A program made the translations under genes and the position numbers. A stretch of DNA of 48,537 nucleotides from Piscinibacter sp. Lineage in GTDB: Bacteria; Pseudomonadota; Gammaproteobacteria; Burkholderiales; Burkholderiaceae_C. Below, piece by piece: positions 38,588 through 46,858 of this stretch. Numbering within the stretch: the stretch's first letter is position 1; each line of letters begins with the position of its first letter. The notes under the pieces are model-generated. The model saw nothing but the letters and a program-made list of their open reading frames with translations, searched no databases and had not been told where the DNA came from. The stretch is from the NCBI GenBank assembly GCA_035254085.1, contig DATFAY010000303.1:1-48537 (forward strand), read 5' to 3'.

Positions 38588-40020
38588 ACCGCAGCGATGC
38601 CGGCGCCAACCCCTCGGGCGCGGAGGCGCCGTCCTCGTCCTTCGGCGACGCGGGCCCGGCCACCACCACGCCGGGCAGCGAAGAGAAATCGTCCCAGCAC
38701 GGCAAGCGCGCGCTCGTGGTGGCCGCGCTGCTCGGCGCGCTGGTCGTGGGCGGCCTGGTGGTCGACGCGATGCGCTCGCCGGTGAAGCCCGCCAAGGCCG
38801 CGAATTCGGCGGCGCAGGCGCCGGTGCCGCAGGACCCGTTCATCGACTTCGAGGCCAAGCAGCGCATGGAGGCCGCGCGGCTGGAATCCGAGCGGCAGAA
38901 GAAGCTGGCGCAGGACAAGGCCCGCCAGGCCTCGCGCGCGCAGGAGATGCTGAGCGACGCGCCGCCCGGCGCGACGGGCGCACCGCCGCCGCGCAGCCGC
39001 GAGGACGAGGTGCGCGACACCGCGCGGCTCGACGACCTCAAGCGCGCCCTGGCCGCGGTGAACTCGCACGAGATGCTGGTGACCCCGCCGCGCGAGCGCG
39101 TGGCCGGCGGTGAGAGCAAGGGCGGCGCTGCCGGCGCCGCCGCCGCGGGCGGCCTGCGCAGCGTGTCGGCCACCGACGCGGGCCGCACGCCGGAGGCGAC
39201 CCTGAGCCGGCTGCGCCAGGCGATCGATCGGGTGCGCGGCGCAGGCGGCTCGGGCGCGTCGAACGCTGCCGCCGACGGCGCGCGCTTCGTGCGCGACCTG
39301 CGCGGCCCGGATGCTTCGGGCGCGGTGGTGGGCCAGTCGGCCAGCGCGCGTCGCGAGCGCGGCGATGCACAGCGCAGCGGCGAGTACCTGGTGCCGGTCG
39401 GCACGGTGATGGCCGCGGTGCTCGACATGGAGATCAACTCCGACTGGGAGGGCCGCTGGCGCGCGATGGTCACGCGCGACATCTACGACCTCTCGCAGGA
39501 CGTGATCCTGATTCCCAAGGGCACGCGCGTGCTCGGCACCTCGGCGCGGCCCAAGCCGGTCAACGAGGCGATCAACGAGCGCATGGCGCTGGTCGCGCAA
39601 TGGCTGGTGCTGCCCAACGGCGCACGCGTCGACCTCACCCGCAGCGCCACCCTGGATGCCGGCGGCGTGGCGGCCGTGGGCGGCGACGTCAACCACCACT
39701 TCCTGGCCACGCTGGGCGGGGTCGTGGCCTACGGCGTGATCGCCGGCTGGGGCGCGGAGCGCGCGGCGCGCTCGGTGGACAACAACAACGCCAGCCTCGC
39801 CATCGGCGCGCTCGGCGGGCGCACGGCCGGCGCGGAAATCGCCCTCGGGCTGGCCGATGTCGGCAAGCGGGTGGCGGGGCGCTATCTGAACCTCGTGCCC
39901 ACCATCACCATCCATCCCGGCACGCCGATCAACATCTTCCTCGACGACGAGATGTACCTGCAGCCGTGGGCACCGATCGACGAGTTCGCGCCGGCCGTGG
40001 CAACACCGGCCATGCGCTGA
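38584..40020 (+). CDS. virB10: T4SS VirB10/TrbI-like protein
   Basis: N-terminal TM, Pro/Ala-rich linker, GTV..AVL...INSD, LIPKGTRVLG, GDVNHHF, PTITIHPG..INI. Confidence 0.9.
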   Translation: MNRSDAGANPSGAEAPSSSFGDAGPATTTPGSEEKSSQHGKRALVVAALLGALVVGGLVVDAMRSPVKPAKAANSAAQAPVPQDPFIDFEAKQRMEAARLESERQKKLAQDKARQASRAQEMLSDAPPGATGAPPPRSREDEVRDTARLDDLKRALAAVNSHEMLVTPPRERVAGGESKGGAAGAAAAGGLRSVSATDAGRTPEATLSRLRQAIDRVRGAGGSGASNAAADGARFVRDLRGPDASGAVVGQSASARRERGDAQRSGEYLVPVGTVMAAVLDMEINSDWEGRWRAMVTRDIYDLSQDVILIPKGTRVLGTSARPKPVNEAINERMALVAQWLVLPNGARVDLTRSATLDAGGVAAVGGDVNHHFLATLGGVVAYGVIAGWGAERAARSVDNNNASLAIGALGGRTAGAEIALGLADVGKRVAGRYLNLVPTITIHPGTPINIFLDDEMYLQPWAPIDEFAPAVATPAMR

Positions 40021-41001
40021 ATGGACACCCGCAGCGACAGCGCGGCAGGCAGGGACCCCATGGTCGATGCACACGAGCCGCCTCCTGCGCCCGCGCCGCC
40101 CGCCGCACAGACGCTTCGCGAGTGGCTGCGCCGCTTCGCCGACGGCGACGTCGCGCACGTGCGGCTGCGCCATTCGCTGCTGCCCTACGTCGTGGCCTGC
40201 GCGCCGGTGATCGCCACCAGCGTGCTGGCCCCGCCCTGGCTCGCCTGGCTGATGGCCTTGCCCTCGGTGCTGGCCCTCTACCGCGTCACCGCATCGCTCG
40301 ATGGGGATCTGTTCGCCACCTCCTTGCAGCGCGGCTTCGTCAGCCACGTGCTGCCCCTGAACGGACTGCTGGTGCTGTGGTGCGGCGCGATGGCGCTCGC
40401 CGGACGGGGGGCGTGGGTGCCGGGCACGGTGTTCCCGTACGTCGCCTTGCTGTGCCTGTGCATCGCGCCGGTGTGCCGGCGCCGGCGCGAACGCATGCAG
40501 CGGCGCTGGCCGCTGCGCTGGACCTTCGGCACACTCGCCGCGCTGCTGGTGCTGGTGCAAGGCGCCGCATCGCTTGCACCGCGCGCGCAGGCAACGCTGT
40601 ACCGCTGCCCCAGCGACCGCGGCGACGGCGCGATGGTCGTCACCAACCTGCTGCGCGAGAGCGACGCGGCCGGGCGCGCCTGCGAGCCGATGCCCACGCG
40701 CCGCTCCGCGCTCGACGACGTGGCGCCGCCGGCGCGACGCAGCGCCGCGCCGCATCGCGCGCCATCTGTGGCCGCGGAAACGCCCGCGCCCGTTGCTCGC
40801 CGCATCGCACCGCAGGTGCAGCAGGCGCGCGACGACGACCGTCGCGCCATCCTCGAAACCGAGCTGCGACGCGAGCAGGAGGCGGTGTCGCGCCTGCGTG
40901 CGGGCGGCGCCAACGGCGCGAGCGAAGCCGATCGCCAGGCGCTGGCGCGGCACACCGCCGACGTCGAGGCCTTGAGGCGCGAGCTCGCGCGCCTTCGCTG
41001 A
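40021..41001 (+). CDS. Hypothetical membrane protein with C-terminal DUF4124-like/coiled-coil domain
   Basis: Several TM segments, then TLYRC...VTN...C, a Pro/Ala linker and [16 protein letters not shown] coiled coil. Confidence 0.55.
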   Translation: MDTRSDSAAGRDPMVDAHEPPPAPAPPAAQTLREWLRRFADGDVAHVRLRHSLLPYVVACAPVIATSVLAPPWLAWLMALPSVLALYRVTASLDGDLFATSLQRGFVSHVLPLNGLLVLWCGAMALAGRGAWVPGTVFPYVALLCLCIAPVCRRRRERMQRRWPLRWTFGTLAALLVLVQGAASLAPRAQATLYRCPSDRGDGAMVVTNLLRESDAAGRACEPMPTRRSALDDVAPPARRSAAPHRAPSVAAETPAPVARRIAPQVQQARDDDRRAILETELRREQEAVSRLRAGGANGASEADRQALARHTADVEALRRELARLR

Positions 41002-41012
41002 ACCGCCGATCC

Positions 41013-42074
41013 ATGAGCGCCGACCCGCAAAGCCCGCAAGCCCAGAGCGCCGTCAAGCTGCAGTGGGAGCTGGTGCGCCACTACCTGACGCCGATCGCCC
41101 CCTACTTCCGGCTCGAGGGCGTGACGGGCATCTTCGTCAACCGCTTCGACAGCGTCTACATCATGCGGCGCGGCGAGTTCGAGGCGGTGCCGGCGCGCTG
41201 GAACAGCGAGTTCCACTTCGTGACGGCGATCGAGCAGATCGCCAATGCGCTGGGCCAGGAGGTGCATGCCATCGAACGGCCGCTGCTCGACGCGCGGCTG
41301 GACGACGGCTCGCGCATCAACGCGGTGCTGGCGCCCACCGGCGTGGCGGGCAGCAACATGACGGTGCGGCTGTTTCCGAAGACGCGCTACACCGCGCAGG
41401 CCCTGATGGAGACCGGCTCGTTCGACGCGGCGATGTGCGCCTACCTGCGCCTGGCCATGCTCAATCGCTTCAACGTGCTGGTGTCGGGCGGCACGGGCAG
41501 CGGCAAGACGACGCTGCTCAACGCGGTGTCCAACTTCATTCCGCCGGACGACCGCATCATCAGCATCGAGGACACCGCCGAGCTGCAGATCGACAGCTCG
41601 CACTGGGTGGCGCTGGAGGCGCCGCACCGCTTCGTGAAGGACGTGGAGCCGCTGACCATGAGCCGGCTGGTGAAGAATGCGCTGCGCATGGAGCCCGAGC
41701 GCCTCATCATCGGCGAGGTGCGCGACGGTGCCGCCGCCGAGGCGCTGCTCACCGCGGCCAACACCGGACACTCGGGCATCTTGTCGACCATCCACGCCAA
41801 CAATGCGCACGACACCATCGACCGGCTGACCAACCTGGCCGCCGCCGGCTTCTCGGCGATTCCCTACGAGCATGTGCAGCGGCAGGTGCGCAAGAACCTC
41901 GACGTGATCGTGCACGCGCAGAAGACGCCGCGCCACGGCCGGCGCATCGTCGAGATCGCGGAGCTCGACGACGGCGAGTTCAGGCTGCTGTGGCGCTGGG
42001 ACTACCGCGCCGGCCGGCACGAGCAGGTGGCCCAGCCGTCCACGAGGCGCATGCACTACACCCCCGAGGAGTGA
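41013..42074 (+). CDS. virB11: Secretion ATPase VirB11/TrbB/CpaF family
   Basis: DARLDDGSRINAV, GGTGSGKTT, IEDTAEL (Asp box), ALRMEPERLIIGEVR, NTGH.G.LSTIHAN (His box). Confidence 0.92.
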   Translation: MSADPQSPQAQSAVKLQWELVRHYLTPIAPYFRLEGVTGIFVNRFDSVYIMRRGEFEAVPARWNSEFHFVTAIEQIANALGQEVHAIERPLLDARLDDGSRINAVLAPTGVAGSNMTVRLFPKTRYTAQALMETGSFDAAMCAYLRLAMLNRFNVLVSGGTGSGKTTLLNAVSNFIPPDDRIISIEDTAELQIDSSHWVALEAPHRFVKDVEPLTMSRLVKNALRMEPERLIIGEVRDGAAAEALLTAANTGHSGILSTIHANNAHDTIDRLTNLAAAGFSAIPYEHVQRQVRKNLDVIVHAQKTPRHGRRIVEIAELDDGEFRLLWRWDYRAGRHEQVAQPSTRRMHYTPEE

Positions 42075-42084
42075 CGACGGCACC

Positions 42085-43980
42085 ATGGACTCGGTGAGCC
42101 TGGCCTTGAACCACGACATCATCGCGGCGATGCGCTGGTCCACGCCCTGGTGGTGGGTGGCATGCGCCGTCGCGCTGACCACGCTGGCGCTGATCAACGT
42201 GCTGCCGCTGCGCGTGCCGCCGGCCAAGGAAGCGGAATACGGCCTGACCGAGGTGCTGAAGATCGGCCTTCGCAAGCTGGCGGTGCTGTCGCTCGTGCTG
42301 CTGGTCTTCGTGTACTGGCCCGCGATGTACTTCGGGACCGTGGCCGCGCTCGGCTCCACCGCAGGCCAGGGGCATGCCTGGTTCATGGACTACGTCGGCC
42401 GGCAGGCGCGCACCTGGGGCTGGCTGCTGCCGGCCGGCGTGGCGGCGGGGCTGGCCGCACGCGTGCTCACCGCCCGCTACCTCACGCCCTGGGTGTCGAG
42501 GATCGTGCAGCGCTTCATCGTGCGCCAGGAAGACCACAAGCAAAGCGACATGCGCGATGAGGTGGGCAAGCTCAAGCCGCGCGACTTCTCGCCGCGCAAA
42601 TACCATCGCCCGGGCCAGATCTTCCTGGGGCTCGATGTGCAGGGCCAGCCGGCCTACCTCGACGCCGCGCTGTTTCGCGCGACGCACATGCAGGTGGTGG
42701 GCCCGACGCGCTTCGGCAAGGGCGTGCTGCTGGGCGTGATGCTCGAGCAGGCCATCGCGCAAGGGCACAGCGTGGTGTACGTGGACCCCAAGGCCGATGC
42801 CTTCCTGCCCTACATCCTGGCCGAGGCCTGCGAGCGCGCGGGGCAGCGCTTCATCTACATCGACCTCGGCAGCGAAGACACCCGCTGGGCCCCCTTCGAA
42901 GGCGGCAGCGAGCGCGACCGGCGCTCGCGCATCTGCAGCTGCTTCGGCCTGAACAACACCGGCGACGGCTCCGACTTCTACAAGTCGCGCGAGCGCGCCA
43001 TCCTGGACACCGTCATGCCGCGCTCGGGCACCAGCATCGCCGGGCTGCGCGCCGCGCTCGAGCAGCGCGGCGAGGACGGCAAGCCGCTGAAGGAAAGCGC
43101 GAGCCGGCTCTACGACAACCTGGTCGAGTTCGGCGCGCTGCCGTCGCTGAACCCGAAGAAGGGCGGCGGCAACAAGATCGGCGAGGCGCTCAAGGCCGGC
43201 GCCAGCATCTACGTGCGCGGCTCGCTGGACGACCCGACCATCCGGCGCGCCTCGCTCGCGTTCATCAGCGAAGTGCTGCAGGAGACGCGCCGCCTGGCGG
43301 CCGAGCGCAAGACGCATCTCACGCTGGCGATCGACGAGCTGAAGTTCATGATCTCGCAGGAGGTGAGCGACGCCTTGGCCACCATCGCGGGCTTCAAGGC
43401 CAACATGGTCTTGCTGCACCAGTCCATCCGCGACCTGCGAGGGCCGGAGGACCGCACGCTGAACGTGAATGCGCTGGAGTCGGGCGTGGTGGTGAACTGC
43501 CAGGTCAAGCTGCTGTACCGCGCCTCCGACCCGGAGACGGCCGAGTGGGCCAGCCTGCTGTCGGGCACGAAGATCGTGCGCACCACGAAATCGGCCACCG
43601 TGGAATACAACCGCTTCGGCGGCGAGGCCTACACGCCCAAGCGCATGGTGTACGACCTGGAGGTGCCGATCATTTCGCAAAACGAACTGCTCAGCCTTTC
43701 GCCACGGGTCGGCGTGCTGTTCGCACCAGACCGCTTGGCCAGCGTGCTGTACACCTGCCACGTGCCGGCGGACACGCAGCGCCTGTTGTATCGGCGGCCG
43801 CAGGAGAAGCCGGCGGCAGTGGCTGCTGCGCGCGCTGCTCCAGCGGGCTCACTTGCGCAATTGGTGACTGGCGGCACTGCTCGAACGAATGCAGCGGCGC
43901 CACACGGAGAATCGCCAATGGATCAGCAAAAGGCCACATCGCCTGCGTCGTTGAGTCCGACGGCGTCGAGCACCCAGTAG
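42085..43980 (+). CDS. virD4: Type IV coupling protein (VirD4/TraD/MobB-like)
   Basis: N-terminal TM helices; IFLGLD; Walker A GPTRFGKG; VDPKAD; Walker B AIDE; HQS; DPETAEWAS.LSG. Confidence 0.88.
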   Translation: MDSVSLALNHDIIAAMRWSTPWWWVACAVALTTLALINVLPLRVPPAKEAEYGLTEVLKIGLRKLAVLSLVLLVFVYWPAMYFGTVAALGSTAGQGHAWFMDYVGRQARTWGWLLPAGVAAGLAARVLTARYLTPWVSRIVQRFIVRQEDHKQSDMRDEVGKLKPRDFSPRKYHRPGQIFLGLDVQGQPAYLDAALFRATHMQVVGPTRFGKGVLLGVMLEQAIAQGHSVVYVDPKADAFLPYILAEACERAGQRFIYIDLGSEDTRWAPFEGGSERDRRSRICSCFGLNNTGDGSDFYKSRERAILDTVMPRSGTSIAGLRAALEQRGEDGKPLKESASRLYDNLVEFGALPSLNPKKGGGNKIGEALKAGASIYVRGSLDDPTIRRASLAFISEVLQETRRLAAERKTHLTLAIDELKFMISQEVSDALATIAGFKANMVLLHQSIRDLRGPEDRTLNVNALESGVVVNCQVKLLYRASDPETAEWASLLSGTKIVRTTKSATVEYNRFGGEAYTPKRMVYDLEVPIISQNELLSLSPRVGVLFAPDRLASVLYTCHVPADTQRLLYRRPQEKPAAVAAARAAPAGSLAQLVTGGTARTNAAAPHGESPMDQQKATSPASLSPTASSTQ

Positions 43981-44277
43981 CCGAGGTCCACGTCGGCGAA
44001 TCTGGTGCTTGCTGGGCGACCCGCTTCGTCGCTCCACCTCGAAGACCGACGAACAGCGGCGTCTGTCTGTAGGTGCAGTCAATTCCTGAGAAACGGGCCC
44101 CCTGTCGAATCGAGGGAGTCTGAAGCGATGCACAGGCAACTGGTGAGAGCACCAGCCGCCATGACCTGAGAACCTTCCGCTCTGCGCCCGCCCCGGGTCA
44201 ACGCTTTCGAACCTGGAACCCACGGTCCCCCATAGCCCGACCGCCGCGATGTAGCCGTTTGAGGTACCGCGTCGCAG

Positions 44278-44472
44278 CTACCTTCCGGGCAACTTGATGC
44301 CTCGACGTTGTGCCCAGGCGAGGACATCGAACGGCTTGAGTTCGGAGAACTTCGGCGGAAGGCTCGGCTCAGCGCCAGGCGGTACACGTCGCTGGCCGTC
44401 GTAGACCCCTGCCTCGAGGTCAGCCATGAGACGCTCGAGCTCTTCCGGGGAGAGGTGCTCGGATTCAGTCAT
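44278..44472 (-). CDS. Small hypothetical protein (64 aa)
   Basis: MTESEHLSPEELERLMADLEAG...; protein-like composition, AAGG upstream. Confidence 0.4.
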   Translation of the reverse strand: MTESEHLSPEELERLMADLEAGVYDGQRRVPPGAEPSLPPKFSELKPFDVLAWAQRRGIKLPGR

Positions 44473-44600
44473 CGGAACCTTGTATCGCCAGCGCTCTACG
44501 GTGTCAACGTCGGTTCGGTCCCGCGCGAAATCGCGAGGAACAGGCGAATCCGTGCGCGCAGACACCGCGCGCTGCAAGCGTCCGTGGGCGCCCGATGATG

Positions 44601-44649
44601 TGTAAGGCGTTTTGGACAATTTACGGCAATCTGCCTATAATGCCTTACA
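44601..44649 (+). promoter_or_regulatory. Sigma-70 promoter enclosed by an inverted-repeat operator
   Basis: TGGACA-N17-TATAAT (44613-44641), flanked by TGTAAGGC/GCCTTACA; ATG at 44651 (leaderless). Confidence 0.75.
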
Positions 44650-44650
44650 A

Positions 44651-45346
44651 ATGCCAGCCGCCTCCGAGCTCACCTCTGTCATCGACCGCCAGCTTCTCCT
44701 GCAGCTGGGAGCGCGGCTCAAGCGCGCTCGGGTGAAACAGGGTCTGACCACGACCCAGATGGCCGAGCGAGCGGGCATCTCCCGCATGACGCTCAGCGCA
44801 GTCGAGGCTGGCGAGCCCACACCGACCATAGGCAGCTACCTGCGCGTGATGAGCGTACTTCAGGTGTCCAAAGACCTCGTGCTCCTGGCAAGCGACACAC
44901 TCGAGCCACCCGTTGTCGAGCAAGGCGAGAACGCTCCCGCTTCCGGCGACTTGGTGGTATCGGCGAGCAACGCCAAACACGAACTGCAAGACCTGCAAAG
45001 CCTGATGCTGCACCAGGAGGCAGTGCGGCTCATGCAGAAGAGGCCTGAACTGGTTCAGCAGGCCTTGGATACCCTGGACCGTTGGCGCCAATCAGGCGAT
45101 TCGCACTCGCGGTTCCTGTGGGACGAGTGGTCGGTCATCCTGCACCGGAGGGCGTGGCGCAGGGCGCTCTCACACACGAAGCGCTCCAAGGAGCTTCGCC
45201 AAGCGTCGCCCCTAACCACGATACTGCCGCCGGAAACCCGTCAGCGCATCCTCGACGAGGTCCGTCGACTCAAGAGCGGCGTCCCCTTGGGCTCACTACC
45301 TGCGTCGAAGCAGCGCCCCGCGAAAGGCTCTCCGAATGGAACGTGA
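44651..45346 (+). CDS. XRE-family HTH regulator with C-terminal helical domain (putative antitoxin)
   Basis: LGARLKRAR...GLT..QMAERAGISR.TL..VEAG; overlaps the downstream nucleotidyltransferase-like gene. Confidence 0.8.
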   Translation: MPAASELTSVIDRQLLLQLGARLKRARVKQGLTTTQMAERAGISRMTLSAVEAGEPTPTIGSYLRVMSVLQVSKDLVLLASDTLEPPVVEQGENAPASGDLVVSASNAKHELQDLQSLMLHQEAVRLMQKRPELVQQALDTLDRWRQSGDSHSRFLWDEWSVILHRRAWRRALSHTKRSKELRQASPLTTILPPETRQRILDEVRRLKSGVPLGSLPASKQRPAKGSPNGT

Positions 45347-45896
45347 GGAGCTCGAGCACTTGATTCGCGCGGCGGCCGAGGTCACGCAGGAGTACGAGTT
45401 CATCATCATCGGCAGCCAGTCCATTCTCGGACCCATCCCCAACCCGCCGGCGGAACTGAAGTTGTCGATGGAGGCCGACATGTACCCCTTGAACGCGCCG
45501 GAGAAGGCCGACCTCATCGACGGGGCGCTGGGCGAGGGGTCGCACTTTCACGACACGTACAAGTACTACGCACAGGGCGTGGGCCCGGAGACGCCGACGC
45601 TTCCCGATGGGTGGCAGGGTCGACTGCATCGCGTGCAGACGCCCAACACCGACCTCAAGGTCGGCCTTTGCCTGGATGTGTTGGACCTCTTCATGGCCAA
45701 GGCCGCGGCCAATCGAGACAAGGACCGGGAGTTCAATATGGACTTGCTGCGCCACGGTTTCGTGAAGCTGGAGCAGGCGATAGACATGGTGGCTCTCATG
45801 CCTGTGGACGACAAGGCAAAGCGCGACCTGCGTGCCCGCATTCGACGCTGGGCCAAGATGCTCAAGGAGCGCGGCCACGACCTACCTGCCGGGTGA
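45336..45896 (+). CDS. Putative nucleotidyltransferase (DUF6036-like)
   Basis: IIIGSQS, S.EAD, DLFMAK.AA.R.KD, consistent with the NTase fold. Confidence 0.7.
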   Translation: MEREELEHLIRAAAEVTQEYEFIIIGSQSILGPIPNPPAELKLSMEADMYPLNAPEKADLIDGALGEGSHFHDTYKYYAQGVGPETPTLPDGWQGRLHRVQTPNTDLKVGLCLDVLDLFMAKAAANRDKDREFNMDLLRHGFVKLEQAIDMVALMPVDDKAKRDLRARIRRWAKMLKERGHDLPAG

Positions 45897-45947
45897 CGCG
45901 CATGCTGTCCACCCGCCTGCTTATCTGGGCTCGGCGAGAGCATTCCG

Positions 45948-46490
45948 CTAGCTGTCCGGCACTCGACTCAGATACTTCGACGGCACGGTGTCGGTGAGCC
46001 AGACGCCGTTGTCGGAAACGAAGAACTTGTGACCGTCCCGGTCCATACGTGCTGCGTCGACGACCAGAACCACCGGCACACCTCGTCTGCCTCCGACGGC
46101 CCGCGCCGATGCTTCATCGGTGCTGAGATGCACGTGATGGCGCCGCATCGGCAGCAAGCCCTTACGGTCAATGCTCGGAAGGTTGGCCGCGACCGTGCCG
46201 TGGAACAGTCGGCTCGGAGGCTTCATCGAGCGCAGCAACGGTTCGACACCAGGAATGCTATGCCCTTGCGCGGCACGGATGCGATTGCCGTCGAGCACGA
46301 AGCGCTGCTTGTCGTTGCCCCGAACCACTTGCTCCAGCTGCTCGCGGGTTGCGGGCGTCCCGACGCGTGCCAGGCCTTGCAGCAGGTCATCGACGTCGCA
46401 CCAGCCGTGCTTGTCCAGTCTCACGCCGGCGGCATCGGGGCGATGCCTCAGTATGCGTGAGATGCTCTTGCTGAGGGTGGTGAGGTCCAT
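45948..46490 (-). CDS. kptA: RNA 2'-phosphotransferase (KptA/Tpt1)
   Basis: SRILRH, DKQRF, IRAAQGHS, LFHGT, RHHVHLS, NGVWL. Confidence 0.93.
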   Translation of the reverse strand: MDLTTLSKSISRILRHRPDAAGVRLDKHGWCDVDDLLQGLARVGTPATREQLEQVVRGNDKQRFVLDGNRIRAAQGHSIPGVEPLLRSMKPPSRLFHGTVAANLPSIDRKGLLPMRRHHVHLSTDEASARAVGGRRGVPVVLVVDAARMDRDGHKFFVSDNGVWLTDTVPSKYLSRVPDS

Positions 46491-46504
46491 TGCGCGATTG
46501 ACGG

Positions 46505-46804
46505 TCACGATTCGTCGGAGCCTCGCTCCGAGGGCGGATGGGATTCGGGCAGTCCTCGCAGGCGGGCGAGGAGTTCGAGGTACGACGGTGCGCCCTCGTG
46601 TCCTGTCCGCGCAGGCGCCCATGTGCCTGGCCATGCGACGGCAGCGTGGTCCAGGTGCCCTGCATCGGGATAGTGCCTGAGCAGCCGCCGAGCTTCTCGG
46701 CGAATCTCGTCCGGCACACCGGATGTATACGCGCCTGTACATAGCTCTTCCAAGAACAAGCGGGTTTGCATCACTGACCGCGTGCGTTCATCAGGGGTTG
46801 TCAT
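46505..46804 (-). CDS. Small conserved protein (BPSL0761-like)
   Basis: MTTPDERTRSV.QTR.FL.EL...VP..IR.EARRLLRHYP pattern. Confidence 0.7.
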   Translation of the reverse strand: MTTPDERTRSVMQTRLFLEELCTGAYTSGVPDEIRREARRLLRHYPDAGHLDHAAVAWPGTWAPARTGHEGAPSYLELLARLRGLPESHPPSERGSDES

Positions 46805-46858
46805 CGCGACTCCATGAAAGTGCCATCGAGTGGCCGGTTGCATCAGTGCAAGAGCGGT

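Noticed and set aside
42053-42062. GCACTACACC 23 nt upstream of virD4 as a sixth promoter of the repeated class
   Set aside because: No TTG at the 16-nt spacing, and it lies in virB11 coding sequence (MHYTP); may be chance, though worth checking by TSS mapping.
41013-42074. ATPase as a Tad pilus CpaF
   Set aside because: No flp, tadB, tadC or rcpA genes; it sits between virB10 and the coupling protein.
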